The notes under the pieces were generated by a model. The model did no database searches and was not told the DNA's origin. It saw only the letters and a program-made list of their open reading frames with translations. Positions 1-9,147 of a stretch of DNA of 59,614 nucleotides are shown piece after piece; within the stretch, counting starts at the first letter, position 1, and each line of letters begins with the position of its first letter. The position numbers and the translations under genes are program-made. This stretch comes from Gemmatimonadota bacterium (lineage in GTDB: Bacteria; Gemmatimonadota; Gemmatimonadetes; Palauibacterales; Palauibacteraceae), in assembly GCA_039714435.1 (NCBI GenBank), contig JBDLJJ010000003.1, positions 1 through 59,614 of the forward strand. Direction: 5' to 3'.

Positions 1-339
1 GTGTCTCAGTCCCAGTGTGGCTGGTCGCGCTCTCACGCCAGCTACCCGTCATCGCCTTGGTAGGCCATTACCCCACCAACTAGCTGATAGGCCGCGAGCC
101 CATCCGTAGGCGGTAGCTTCTAAAGAGAGGCCACCTTTGACGCCGGGCTTCTAAGCCCACGCCATACGCGGTATTAGCTCAAGTTTCCCTGAGTTGTCCC
201 CCACCTACGGGTAGATCGCTCACGTGTTACTCACCCGTCCGCCGCTGTACTCGCCCCCGAAGGGACTTTCTCGCTCGACTTGCATGTGTTAGGCACACCG
301 CCAGCGTTCGTCCTGAGCCAGGATCAAACTCTCCATAGT
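1..339 (-). rRNA. rrs: 16S rRNA gene, 5' portion (runs off the window start)
   Basis: Reverse complement of AGAGTTTGATCCTGGCTCAG at 313-332, followed on the minus strand by conserved AACGCTGGCGG, CATGCAAGTCG, GGGTGAGTAACAC and ACTGGGACTGAGACAC. The 5' end is estimated about 7 nt upstream of the 27F site. Confidence 0.98.
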
Positions 340-516
340 TTTTACTATCGAGCTTGAGTGCAGAGTCAGACGGCGAACCGCCTGCCCTACCACTTGACTC
401 TGGAACGCTGTTGAACCTGTCGGTTCATACGCGTTCAGAAAATCACTTTTGTTCCTCATTAACGCACGGGAAGTGATGCCCGTGCTGAGGCCCACACGCC
501 ACTATACACCATCTTT

Positions 517-548
517 TCAAAAAGCAAACTGCTCAAAAAGCAAACTGC
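517..548 (-). repeat. Tandem 16-bp duplication containing a boxA-like antitermination element in the rrn leader
   Basis: TCAAAAAGCAAACTGC occurs twice (517-532, 533-548). The minus strand reads TGCTTTTTGA(AAA), which resembles boxA TGCTCTTTAACA. Confidence 0.7.
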
Positions 549-580
549 GCCGACGTGTCGCCACGCCCGCGCAGCAGTAC

Positions 581-609
581 ATACTAAACTACAAATGTCG
601 GATCGTCAA
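581..609 (-). promoter_or_regulatory. sigma70-type rRNA promoter
   Basis: Minus strand TTGACG (609-604), 17 nt spacer, TAGTAT (586-581), upstream of boxA and 16S. Confidence 0.75.
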
Positions 610-721
610 CGGGTCCGCCGAGGCGGCTCTGTATTCGATCAGCGGTCGCGAATATAGCCGTACTCTCGCACGGCGCAAGGGCCCCCGCGAATGCTGCTCA
701 GGAGTTCCCACAGGCGTCCGC

Positions 722-2140
722 TCAGGAGTCCGCATCTTCAGCGTACTTCTTCAGTTTGCGATACAGCGTTCGCCGGTCCATGCCCAGTAACTGAGCGGCC
801 TTTGTCTGGTTTCCACTCGTAGATTCGAGTACAGACAGAATCTGTTCGCGCTCCAGCCGCTCCACGCTCCAGCGTCCGCCCCGGCCCAGCTCCAGTAACC
901 GATGTTCTGGAATCGACGACGAGCCAATGGGAGGGTCGAAGCGGATGGATTCGGATCCGGCATAGATAATCATGGCCCGCTCGATAAAGCTCTGCAGTTC
1001 CCGAACGTTACCTGGCCACTCGTAATCCATCATTCGCTGGTATGTCTCAGGCGGGATCTCAGGCGGCTTAACCTGGTTCTCGTCCGCAAACTGATTTCGA
1101 AAATAGTTCGCCAGCAGCGGGATATCCTCCTTGCGGTCCCGGAGGGGAGGGACGGCGATAGGAAAGACGTTGAGCCTGAAGAAGAGGTCCTCTCGAAATC
1201 GGCCCTCCGCCACCTCGCGCGCCAGATCTACGTTCGTGGCCCCGATGAGCCTGAAGTCTACGGGGAGCCGGCTGGAGCCGCCCACTCTCTGAACGTGGCG
1301 GTCTTCCAGCACCCGCAGCAACTTGGCCTGGATAGCCGGCGAAATCGTCGAGAGCTCGTCCAAAAACAAGGTGCCGCCACTGGCTTCCTCGAACAGGCCA
1401 CGCCGGCTGGCAATCGCTCCCGTAAAGCTCCCCTTTACGTGGCCGAAAAGTTCCGACTCGAGGAGAGTCTCGGGCAGCGCGGAACAGTTGACCGGAACGA
1501 AAGATTTTTTCGCCCGGGGCGAAAGGTCGTGAACGGCCCGCGCCACGAGCTCCTTCCCTGTTCCGGTCTCTCCGGTTACGAGCACCGTGGCTCGGGTCGG
1601 AGCGACTCTCTCGATCAAGTCGAACACCCGGCCCAGGGCGCGCGATTTTCCTATCATGCGAGAGCGCGGCCCTCTCGGCACCTCACGCCGCAGCTGCGCC
1701 AACTCGCGCCGCAACTCTGTTCGCTCGCGGGCGCGCTGAATGATCAGCAGAAGCTCTTCAGGCTCGAGCGGCTTCTCCCGGTAGTCGAATGCGCCGAGCC
1801 GCATGGCCTGGACAGCGGTTTCGATATCGGCGAAGGCCGTCATCATGATGATCTCGGCGTCCGTCTGGGTGTTCGGCGCCGCCATCATGACGCTAATCCC
1901 GTCGATGCCGGGAAGGCTATAGTCGAGAAGCACCACATCGAATATGTCGCGCTGCATGATCTGGAGAGCCTCCTCGCCTGTGCGGGCGCTCACGACTTCG
2001 TATCCCGCGTCGGTCAGAAGTTCCTCCAGAAGAGTGCGCATGGGAGCCGCGTCGTCCACAACCAGGATTCGGCCATGCACCCGGGAGACGTCCTGCGCCT
2101 CGGTTTCTGGAACGTGCGCCAGGGCGCCCTGCCGGTTCAC
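722..2140 (-). CDS. NtrC/AtoC-family sigma54-dependent response regulator (REC-AAA+-Fis HTH)
   Basis: REC domain (VVDD, LLD, T, K), Walker A GETGTGKE, ESELFGH..GSFTGA, LFLDE, WPGNVREL, C-terminal AAQLLGMDRRTLYRKL. Confidence 0.96.
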   Translation of the reverse strand: MNRQGALAHVPETEAQDVSRVHGRILVVDDAAPMRTLLEELLTDAGYEVVSARTGEEALQIMQRDIFDVVLLDYSLPGIDGISVMMAAPNTQTDAEIIMMTAFADIETAVQAMRLGAFDYREKPLEPEELLLIIQRARERTELRRELAQLRREVPRGPRSRMIGKSRALGRVFDLIERVAPTRATVLVTGETGTGKELVARAVHDLSPRAKKSFVPVNCSALPETLLESELFGHVKGSFTGAIASRRGLFEEASGGTLFLDELSTISPAIQAKLLRVLEDRHVQRVGGSSRLPVDFRLIGATNVDLAREVAEGRFREDLFFRLNVFPIAVPPLRDRKEDIPLLANYFRNQFADENQVKPPEIPPETYQRMMDYEWPGNVRELQSFIERAMIIYAGSESIRFDPPIGSSSIPEHRLLELGRGGRWSVERLEREQILSVLESTSGNQTKAAQLLGMDRRTLYRKLKKYAEDADS

Positions 2141-3213
2141 ATCTCCTCCTCTCTGTCCGCCACCGGAATTCGGACTCGCACTTCGGCTCCTGCTCCCGGT
2201 GCGCTGGCCAGGTTGACCTCTCCTCCCGCGAGCGCAGCTCGCTCCCGCATCCCGAACCAGCCCAGGCCGCGCCCCGCGTCGGCGCTGCGGGCGTGGAGGG
2301 AGAATCCGCGCCCATTGTCGCTTACGGTTGCCATTACCGCCTCGTGATCCTGGGAGAAAACGATCTCCATCCTGGTCGCCCTGGAGTGCCGAATGACGTT
2401 GGTCACAGCCTCCTGAATGATCCGGTAGAGCGCTAGCTTGGGCGCGGGAGCGAGAGCTTGTGGGTCCATCGGCCCGGCAATGATCTCAGTCTCCAGGTCA
2501 AGATCGGCGGTAGCACGCCGTACGTGCGCCCGAACCGCGGCGATAACTCCGGACGCATCCAGTTCGGGGGGACGAAGACCGTGCACGATCCGGCGCACCG
2601 CGGCGTCGGCTTCCTGGAGCTCCTCGTACAGGCCTTTGAGCAACTCCTCCCTACGCTCGGGCCCTTCCGCTTTCCGAATCATCTGAACGCGCATGATGAG
2701 GGCCGATAAGCGCTGGGCCGTGTCATCGTGCAGGTCGCGCGCGACTCTCTCGCGTTCCTCTTCCATACCCCGGAGAACGCCCGAGCCGAACCGCTGCAGT
2801 CTCTTCTTGGGCGTCAGATCGTGAACGACAGCCAGGACGTGTACGTCAAGCTCGTTTGCGATCGGCGCCAGACCGACGAAGACGGGGAAATCAGAGCCGT
2901 CAAGGCGCCGAGCCTCGAATTCCTTCCGAATGGGCTGCCGTCCGGGCTCGTTCACGAAGCTCAGCAGCGCTTTCTGGTGGGATTCACGCAAATATTCGGG
3001 TACGATCGCCTCCAGAGACACACCCATCATTCTCCGGCGACCGTACCCGAACATCTCCTCCGCCCGCTGGTTGGCGAGCAGAACGCTTCCAGACGAGTCG
3101 AACACGAGGCAACCGTCCGGACAAATCTCAAACAGAACTCGTCCGTCCAGCTCCGATAGATACGCCTCTTCCTCCCGCTGTTCCCGTCCCTCGGCCCGCA
3201 GCGCGGAATCCAT
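2137..3213 (-). CDS. Cytoplasmic PAS-domain sensor histidine kinase, HisKA_3 (NarX/UhpB-type)
   Basis: PAS/PAC region (NQRAEEMFGY, PEYLRESH, RRLDGSDFPV), H-box ERERVARDLHD, QEAVTNVIRHS, DNGRGF, GMRERA. No transmembrane helix seen. Overlaps the regulator by 4 nt. Confidence 0.93.
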   Translation of the reverse strand: MDSALRAEGREQREEEAYLSELDGRVLFEICPDGCLVFDSSGSVLLANQRAEEMFGYGRRRMMGVSLEAIVPEYLRESHQKALLSFVNEPGRQPIRKEFEARRLDGSDFPVFVGLAPIANELDVHVLAVVHDLTPKKRLQRFGSGVLRGMEEERERVARDLHDDTAQRLSALIMRVQMIRKAEGPERREELLKGLYEELQEADAAVRRIVHGLRPPELDASGVIAAVRAHVRRATADLDLETEIIAGPMDPQALAPAPKLALYRIIQEAVTNVIRHSRATRMEIVFSQDHEAVMATVSDNGRGFSLHARSADAGRGLGWFGMRERAALAGGEVNLASAPGAGAEVRVRIPVADREEEM

Positions 3214-3220
3214 GGTGTGG

Positions 3221-4138
3221 CTACGCTACCGGTTGTTCATCAGTCACCGCGGCCAGCGGCTCGTCCGGACGCAACTCCTTGCCATCGCCCTTCAGGACCA
3301 ACACGGGGCACGGAGCCTGACGGAGTACTCTTTCCGCCACACTGCCGAGCAGCGTGCGCTCGTACCCGGTGTATCCATGACTGGGCATTACGATCAGATC
3401 GTAGCCGCCTTTCTCGGCCGCCTCGATTACTTCCCCTGAGGCTCTGCCAATGACGGCCCCTACTCCGGGAGTCCGATCCAACTCCATGGTCTCGGCCAGG
3501 CGAGCCAGCCGATCCTCGGCCTCTTGCCGGAGCACCTCTGGCCGGGAGGCGTTCTGCAGATATGTCTCCGGGTAAAGGGGCAACTCTACGGCGTGGAGAA
3601 GATCAACGTTGGCCCCGAAGGCTGAGGCAAGCTCTCGGGCTACGCCCACCGCGAGTGAAGTGTGGGTCGAGAAATCAACCGGGAGCAGGATCTTGTCGAC
3701 AGCCAGTGGAGCCGCCTTCTCGTCCAGCCGAACCACAAGAACCGGGCACTTGGCCAGTCGAACTACCTCTTCCGTGACACTGCCCAGCAGCAGCCGGCGA
3801 ACACCTCGGCGCCCATGCGAGCCCATCACGATCATGTCCACATCATGCTCTTCGGCGTACCCCAGAATGGCCTGCCCCGCGCTCACTCCCTGCACGGTTT
3901 CATGGTAAACCTCACCCCAGGCGATCTCCGGTACTGCCTCTTCCAGCGCCAGCCTGGCCGCCTTCTCACCAGGGTACGGGTCCCTGCGCTCCAGATAGTG
4001 TTCCGAATGCAGCACCTGGACGTGGAGCAGATGGAGGTCCGCTCCATGCAATTGTGCGAACCGGGTCGCCACGGGCAGCGCGTGCTGCGCGCAGGCGGAC
4101 AGATCCGTCGGGCAAAGTATTCTCTGAATGTTTAGCAT
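3221..4138 (-). CDS. Universal stress protein, tandem Usp domains
   Basis: Two ILxPxDxS starts and two GSHGR..LLGSV(T/A)ExVxR..CPVLV-type motifs. Confidence 0.95.
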   Translation of the reverse strand: MLNIQRILCPTDLSACAQHALPVATRFAQLHGADLHLLHVQVLHSEHYLERRDPYPGEKAARLALEEAVPEIAWGEVYHETVQGVSAGQAILGYAEEHDVDMIVMGSHGRRGVRRLLLGSVTEEVVRLAKCPVLVVRLDEKAAPLAVDKILLPVDFSTHTSLAVGVARELASAFGANVDLLHAVELPLYPETYLQNASRPEVLRQEAEDRLARLAETMELDRTPGVGAVIGRASGEVIEAAEKGGYDLIVMPSHGYTGYERTLLGSVAERVLRQAPCPVLVLKGDGKELRPDEPLAAVTDEQPVA

Positions 4139-4170
4139 CGGACTCCTCCTTCTCTCAAAGTCCTACCCCG

Positions 4171-4206
4171 CACTACCGGCCCTTCCATTACCGGCCCTTC
4201 CACTAC
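4171..4206. repeat. 15-bp tandem repeat (about 2.4 copies) in the usp 5' UTR
   Basis: CACTACCGGCCCTTC CATTACCGGCCCTTC CACTAC. Confidence 0.85.
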
Positions 4207-4212
4207 TATGAC

Positions 4213-4228
4213 AGCATGCCTTGTACCT
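4213..4228 (-). promoter_or_regulatory. Putative sigma54 (-24/-12) promoter of usp-kinase-regulator operon
   Basis: Minus strand AGGTACAAGGCATGCT (GG-N10-GC). Confidence 0.55.
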
Positions 4229-4311
4229 GCCGAGCGATTTCGCGTCAGGCTCGCAATCGACTGAGTTGCTGGCACTTGGGGCTTCCGTGCAGTTAGCCCC
4301 CGGTGCGCTAC

Positions 4312-4326
4312 GGGACTATTTGTCCC
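4312..4326. promoter_or_regulatory. Palindromic operator/UAS GGGAC-N5-GTCCC
   Basis: GGGACTATTTGTCCC lies between divergent promoters. A degenerate second site, GTGGCACATTGACCC, follows immediately. Confidence 0.65.
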
Positions 4327-4454
4327 AGCAATGTGGCACATTGACCCAGTGCTGCGCTATCCCCAGATCGTCGGCCGGCCGACCAAGCCACCAAAAGCCC
4401 CGCGTGGCGCCAGCATATGAGCGCGCTTCGGGAGTTGTGCGCGTAGCGATGAAC

Positions 4455-4470
4455 GGGCACGTTCCTCGCT
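4455..4470 (+). promoter_or_regulatory. Putative sigma54 promoter of the CBS-export-ATPase operon
   Basis: GGGCACGTTCCTCGCT (GG-N10-GC, close to TGGCACG-N4-TTGCW). Confidence 0.65.
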
Positions 4471-4535
4471 CTGTGGTATCACCGACAACGGGTGTCCCCT
4501 GGATCCCTTTTTCGCTGAAGAAGCGAGGTCTGATC

Positions 4536-5090
4536 ATGGTTACTCTTCATCACGTTATGACGACCGATGTTCAAACCGTGTCGGCGCAAGCCAGCGTTCG
4601 GGAGTTGGCCGAGTTGCTCAGTGCCAATCGAATAAGCGGTTGTCCGGTTGTGGAAGGAGACCGGGTCGTGGGCGTGGTGTCGACGAGCGATCTTCTTGAA
4701 TTCGATGCCATCACACCTGGAGTTCCAGTTCTGCGTTCAGAAGACTCCCACTCCGACATATGGGCCCCCGCAGAGACGTGGCGGGAAGGAGACGAGTCAC
4801 CGTCCGCTTTCTTTATCAACTGGTGGGAGGATGCGGGAGCCGATGTAACGGTTCGCGCTACCAGTTCGGATTCGCCGGAGTGGGATCGCCTCGAAGAGCA
4901 CACGGTGGACGAGATCATGACCAGAGCCGTCTGTGCGCTGTCTGCCGATATGGGCCTCGATATGGCGGCCAGGTACATGCTCAGGGCGGGTATCCACCGG
5001 GTACTCGTTATGGATCACGAGCGTCTGCTGGGTATCGTAACCACGACGGATCTCATCAAGGCGATAGCCCAGTACGGAATCGCGGGCTAG
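4536..5090 (+). CDS. CBS domain-containing protein
   Basis: ATG at 4536 after GAGG. CBS pair (VMTTDV..ISGCPVV..GVVSTSDL; IMTRAV..IHRVLV..GIVTTTDLI) with an acidic insertion. Confidence 0.9.
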   Translation: MVTLHHVMTTDVQTVSAQASVRELAELLSANRISGCPVVEGDRVVGVVSTSDLLEFDAITPGVPVLRSEDSHSDIWAPAETWREGDESPSAFFINWWEDAGADVTVRATSSDSPEWDRLEEHTVDEIMTRAVCALSADMGLDMAARYMLRAGIHRVLVMDHERLLGIVTTTDLIKAIAQYGIAG

Positions 5091-5101
5091 CGGGCACCTC
5101 C

Positions 5102-5887
5102 GTGTGGAGCCCGTTCTGCGCCGCGATTCGATCTGTGGTCTGCGCCGGTGCCTTCACGGTTGGCGCGATAGCGGCTTTGGCCAGCCCGCTTTCCGGGCAA
5201 GAGCCACGGGAAATCGTTGACCGGGTCGACCAGCTACTACGGGGCGAATCCAGCCGGGGTGTGGTCGAGATGGAAGTGGTCAGCTCACACTGGGAACGAA
5301 CCCGGACGATGAGAATCTGGTCGCTCGGCACCGAATACGCGCTTATTCGCATTGTCTCCCCAAAAAAGGATGCCGGTACGGCCACGCTCAAGGCAGGGGA
5401 TGAGATATGGAACTACCTGCCCCGAGTCGACCGGGCGATCAAGATTCCGACGTCTCTCATGAGTTCGTCGTGGATGGGATCGCATTTCACCAACGATGAC
5501 CTCGTCAAAGAGCACCGGCTCATAGACGACTACGCGATCGAAACCTCGTATGAAGGGCTGCGGGGCACGATCGCGGTGTGGGAACTCGATCTCACTCCGT
5601 TGCCGGAAGCACCCGTCATTTGGGAGCGGATCCTGTATCAGGTGCGGAAGCGAGACTTCATGCCCGTTTGGGCGAAATTCTACGACGAACGAAACGCGCT
5701 CGTCCGAACGCTCCACTGGTCGGAGTACCGAACTATGGGTGGTCGGCTGGTACCAACGATTCTCACGGTGATTCCAGCTGACCAACCGGAGGAGCGAACG
5801 GAGATCCGATACCTCGAGCTTGAATTCGATGTCGGACTGGAGGAATCGTTTTTCTCTCTTCGCTTCCTGCGTGAGCAGGCCGACTGA
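5102..5887 (+). CDS. LolA-like outer-membrane lipoprotein-sorting protein
   Basis: Signal-peptide-like N-terminus; motifs WNYLPRVDR.IKIP.S.M..SWMGSHFTNDDLV. GTG start at 5102 is inferred. Confidence 0.85.
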   Translation: MWSPFCAAIRSVVCAGAFTVGAIAALASPLSGQEPREIVDRVDQLLRGESSRGVVEMEVVSSHWERTRTMRIWSLGTEYALIRIVSPKKDAGTATLKAGDEIWNYLPRVDRAIKIPTSLMSSSWMGSHFTNDDLVKEHRLIDDYAIETSYEGLRGTIAVWELDLTPLPEAPVIWERILYQVRKRDFMPVWAKFYDERNALVRTLHWSEYRTMGGRLVPTILTVIPADQPEERTEIRYLELEFDVGLEESFFSLRFLREQAD

Positions 5888-5888
5888 T

Positions 5889-7148
5889 ATGCGAGCAACC
5901 CCATGGCGCCGGATCGGGTGGCGTAACCTGGGTCGGAACCGGCGGCGCACACTATTTACACTCGGCGGACTGGCCATCAGTTACACGGCGGTCGTGGTGA
6001 TGGCCGGACTGGGCCGAGGTATGGTGGCGGAGATGGTGGGGAACGGCACGGGCCTATTTAGCGGCCAGATCCAGATACACGCCGCCGAGTATCTGCCAGA
6101 ACGCAGCCTGTACAGCACGATCGGAGGGCGGAGTGGGCTGAACGTGGCGGCGACCCTGGCAGCGGTCGAGGCCGACCCCTCGGTGGATGCGGCAGCGCCC
6201 AGAGTGTACGCCGGTGGATTGGTGAGTTCCGGCGAGGCCACTGTCGCCGCAGGATTCGTCGGTGTCGATTTGGCGCTCGAACCGAAGGTCTCGACGCTCC
6301 TGGAATCGGGCCTCCGCGGGCGCCACCCCAGGTCCGGCAGAAACGAACTGTGGATCGGACAAGAAATGGCTCGACAGCTTCGTGTCGAGCCGGACGATGA
6401 GATCGTGCTCGTCGCCGCGGCTGCGGACGGATCCCTCGGAAACGACCTGTTTCAGGTGGCCGGCATCTTCAGCACGGGCATCGCCGATGTCGACCGCTCT
6501 CTCGCACTGGTTCCGATCGATGCCCTTCAGACGCTTGTGGCTCTCGAGCCGGACCGAATCCACGAGGTGGCTGTTCGGCTGGCCGATCCCTGGGAGGCTC
6601 CGCCGACTGCCGTCCGGCTGAGCGCTGCTCTTGGGTCAGGCGTACTCGACTCGGAAGTCCAACCGTGGACGGAGCTGTACCCCGAGATCGTGCAGTACGC
6701 TGAACTGTTCATTTCGGTCGAGTGGCTTCTGATCGCCATCGTTTTTGTGATTGCGGTATTCGGGGTCGCCAACACGATGCTCATGGCTACGTTTGAGCGT
6801 CGGCGGGAATTCGCGCTCTTGCGAGCGTTGGGCGCCACTCCCCGGACGGTACTGAGGCTCGTGTTCACCGAAGCAGTACTGCTCGGCGGTGTGAGTCTCA
6901 TTTGCGGCATGATGATCACGTTTCCGATCCTCGTGTGGTGGCAGCACTCTCCGCCCGACATGAGCTGGCTGTACGGCGGGTTCACTATGGCGGGAGGTCT
7001 GGTGAGGCCGACCCTGCGCGTCGAGTATCCGGGTGCCATAGTGTTCACGGCGGCCATCGCCCTGTTCGCTACAGCCCTGCTGGCAGCCACTTTTCCGGCG
7101 ATACGCTCCTCGCGAGTGGCGCCGGCAGAGACTTTGATGGGGCGATGA
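5889..7148 (+). CDS. ABC transporter permease (LolC/E, MacB-FtsX type)
   Basis: WRNLGRNRRRT N-terminus, periplasmic domain, NTMLMATFERRREFALLRALGA. Confidence 0.92.
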   Translation: MRATPWRRIGWRNLGRNRRRTLFTLGGLAISYTAVVVMAGLGRGMVAEMVGNGTGLFSGQIQIHAAEYLPERSLYSTIGGRSGLNVAATLAAVEADPSVDAAAPRVYAGGLVSSGEATVAAGFVGVDLALEPKVSTLLESGLRGRHPRSGRNELWIGQEMARQLRVEPDDEIVLVAAAADGSLGNDLFQVAGIFSTGIADVDRSLALVPIDALQTLVALEPDRIHEVAVRLADPWEAPPTAVRLSAALGSGVLDSEVQPWTELYPEIVQYAELFISVEWLLIAIVFVIAVFGVANTMLMATFERRREFALLRALGATPRTVLRLVFTEAVLLGGVSLICGMMITFPILVWWQHSPPDMSWLYGGFTMAGGLVRPTLRVEYPGAIVFTAAIALFATALLAATFPAIRSSRVAPAETLMGR

Positions 7149-8416
7149 GCGTGCACGTCTCGATCCTGACTCGGCTTGCGCTACGGAATCTGCGCCGCCA
7201 GACGCGCCGTAGCCTGCTCAGCGGTCTTGCGATGGTCGTCGGCCTGGCGCTGCTCGCGTTTTCCCGTGCCCTCGCCGCCGGCGCCCACGAAGACTGGATC
7301 GAAGCCGGGGTCCGCCTGTCGGGCGGTCATGTCACGGTCGAAGCACCCCATTTTCACGCCAGGAAGACTCTGTCGTACAGGATATCGGGTGACGAATTGC
7401 GAGCGGTAAACGATGCCCTCTCGACAGCGGGCCTGGCGGCCGATGTGCGCAGCTCTGCTGTGCGGCTGGAGATACAAGGCTTGGCCAGCACAGCAGTCTC
7501 GGCCGCACCCGTCACCGTCCTGGGCGTCCAGCCCGGGTCGGAACGCGATTTTTCACATCTGGCCGAGCGCCTCATCAATGGGCGTTATCTGGCTGAGAAT
7601 GACAGACTGCACGCGTATATAGGCGAAAAGCTTGCGGAGCGTCTCGGTCTGGGCATCGATTCCCGCCTCATCCTCACTGCCCAGGATGCGGAAGGCGAGA
7701 TTAGCGGCCAGTTGACGCGGGTCGCCGGTATTTTCCGGACGGGGATTCCGGAAGTGGATGAACGACGCGTCGAGATTCCGATCGGCATGGCTCGTGAGTG
7801 GCTGGGAGCTGACGGCTCAGCGACGTCCGTCGCGCTGCTTCTGGGCTCCAGTGATAGGGTCCAGGACGTCGTAGCCAGGTTGGACCACGAGCTGTCGTCC
7901 CGGGACGCTGATCTGGAAGTGCTGACCTGGCGTGAGGCCTCGCCTGGACTGGACGCGGCGATCCGAATGGACGACTTCGGAGATTGGGTGTTCCACTCGA
8001 TAACGCTTGTAGTAGTCGCGCTCGCCGTCGTCAACACGATACTCATGTCTGTGCTGTACAGGGTTCGCGAGTTTGGCGTTGTTCGCGCTTTGGGCCTCAC
8101 ACGGACGGAGACTGGCGTCCAGGTGCTTATTGAGGGGCTTCTGCTTTCAGTCGCCAGCGGGCTGTTGGGAATAGCGCTAGGCCTTGCGCTGACCTGGATC
8201 TTCTTCCGCGACGGGCTCGATTACTCGTTTCTGCTGGAAGAGGGATTTCGGGCGGCCGGGACCATCATGGAGCCCATCGTGCGACCCCGCTTTCACGTGA
8301 GCCAGCTTATCGGCAGCCTCGCATTCGTATTCGGGATCGGTATCCTGGCCTCGGCTTACCCGGCCTTCCGGGCGACCCGGATCGAGGTGGCTGATGCCAT
8401 GAAATTCGAGGCGTGA
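7145..8416 (+). CDS. ABC transporter permease (LolC/E, MacB-FtsX type)
   Basis: LALRNLRRQTRRS, NTILMSVLYRVREFGVVRALGL. ATGA overlap with the upstream permease. Confidence 0.92.
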   Translation: MSVHVSILTRLALRNLRRQTRRSLLSGLAMVVGLALLAFSRALAAGAHEDWIEAGVRLSGGHVTVEAPHFHARKTLSYRISGDELRAVNDALSTAGLAADVRSSAVRLEIQGLASTAVSAAPVTVLGVQPGSERDFSHLAERLINGRYLAENDRLHAYIGEKLAERLGLGIDSRLILTAQDAEGEISGQLTRVAGIFRTGIPEVDERRVEIPIGMAREWLGADGSATSVALLLGSSDRVQDVVARLDHELSSRDADLEVLTWREASPGLDAAIRMDDFGDWVFHSITLVVVALAVVNTILMSVLYRVREFGVVRALGLTRTETGVQVLIEGLLLSVASGLLGIALGLALTWIFFRDGLDYSFLLEEGFRAAGTIMEPIVRPRFHVSQLIGSLAFVFGIGILASAYPAFRATRIEVADAMKFEA

Positions 8417-9144
8417 TAATGCAAGAGGGAGAACAGTCTCGAACACCAGTGCCCGCCGTTCGTACTGAGGACCTCTGGAAGATCTTCGAGCACGATGGGC
8501 AGGTGGTCGAAGCCGTAAGAGGTGTGTCTCTCACAATCGAAGCGGGCGAATTCGTTGTATTGGCCGGGCCGTCCGGCTCTGGAAAAACCACACTCCTCAA
8601 CTTGCTGGGCGGGCTTACGAGGGCTACCCGCGGCCGGGTTTGGGTCGACGGTAATGACATCACTCGTCTACCGGAACGGCAACTCGCCAAACTCAGGCTG
8701 GAGCGGTTGGGCTTCGTGTTCCAAGCCTATAATCTTCTGCCCGTCCTTACGGCACTGGAGAACGCCGAGTTTTCCTTGCTCCTCAGGGGAGTTGGAGAGA
8801 AAGAGCGCCAGGAGCGAGTGGAGGCACTTTTTGCCAGGATCGGCATCGCGGGACTGGAGGATCGACGCCCCGGGAAATTGTCGGGCGGACAGCAGCAGAG
8901 AGTTGCCGTGGCCCGAGCTGTCGTAGGACAGCCTGCCCTCGTGTTGGCCGACGAGCCGACCGCCAACCTGGACTCGGCCACCAGTGGTTCGCTGATCGAC
9001 TTGATGGCAGAACTCAACCGCGACCTCGGATCTACCTTCGTGTTCGCAACACACGATACCCAGCTAATGGAGCGGGCCAGGCGCCTCATTCGTCTCGTCG
9101 ACGGCGCGATAGTGGACGACCAGCGGGTCGAACTGGACACCTGA
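8413..9144 (+). CDS. ABC transporter ATP-binding protein (LolD-like)
   Basis: GPSGSGKT, LSGGQQQRVA, LADEPTANLD, H-loop ATHD. Confidence 0.95.
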   Translation: MIMQEGEQSRTPVPAVRTEDLWKIFEHDGQVVEAVRGVSLTIEAGEFVVLAGPSGSGKTTLLNLLGGLTRATRGRVWVDGNDITRLPERQLAKLRLERLGFVFQAYNLLPVLTALENAEFSLLLRGVGEKERQERVEALFARIGIAGLEDRRPGKLSGGQQQRVAVARAVVGQPALVLADEPTANLDSATSGSLIDLMAELNRDLGSTFVFATHDTQLMERARRLIRLVDGAIVDDQRVELDT

Positions 9145-9147
9145 GCC

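Noticed and set aside
289-790. ORFs 289-495 (-) and 449-790 (+)
   Set aside because: They overlap the 16S gene, its leader and promoter, and show no protein motifs.
902-2347. 481-aa plus-strand ORF, and similar long antisense ORFs (e.g. 42883-44625, 15272-16195, 56673-57752)
   Set aside because: Shadow ORFs opposite well-supported genes, as expected in high-GC DNA; no recognisable motifs.
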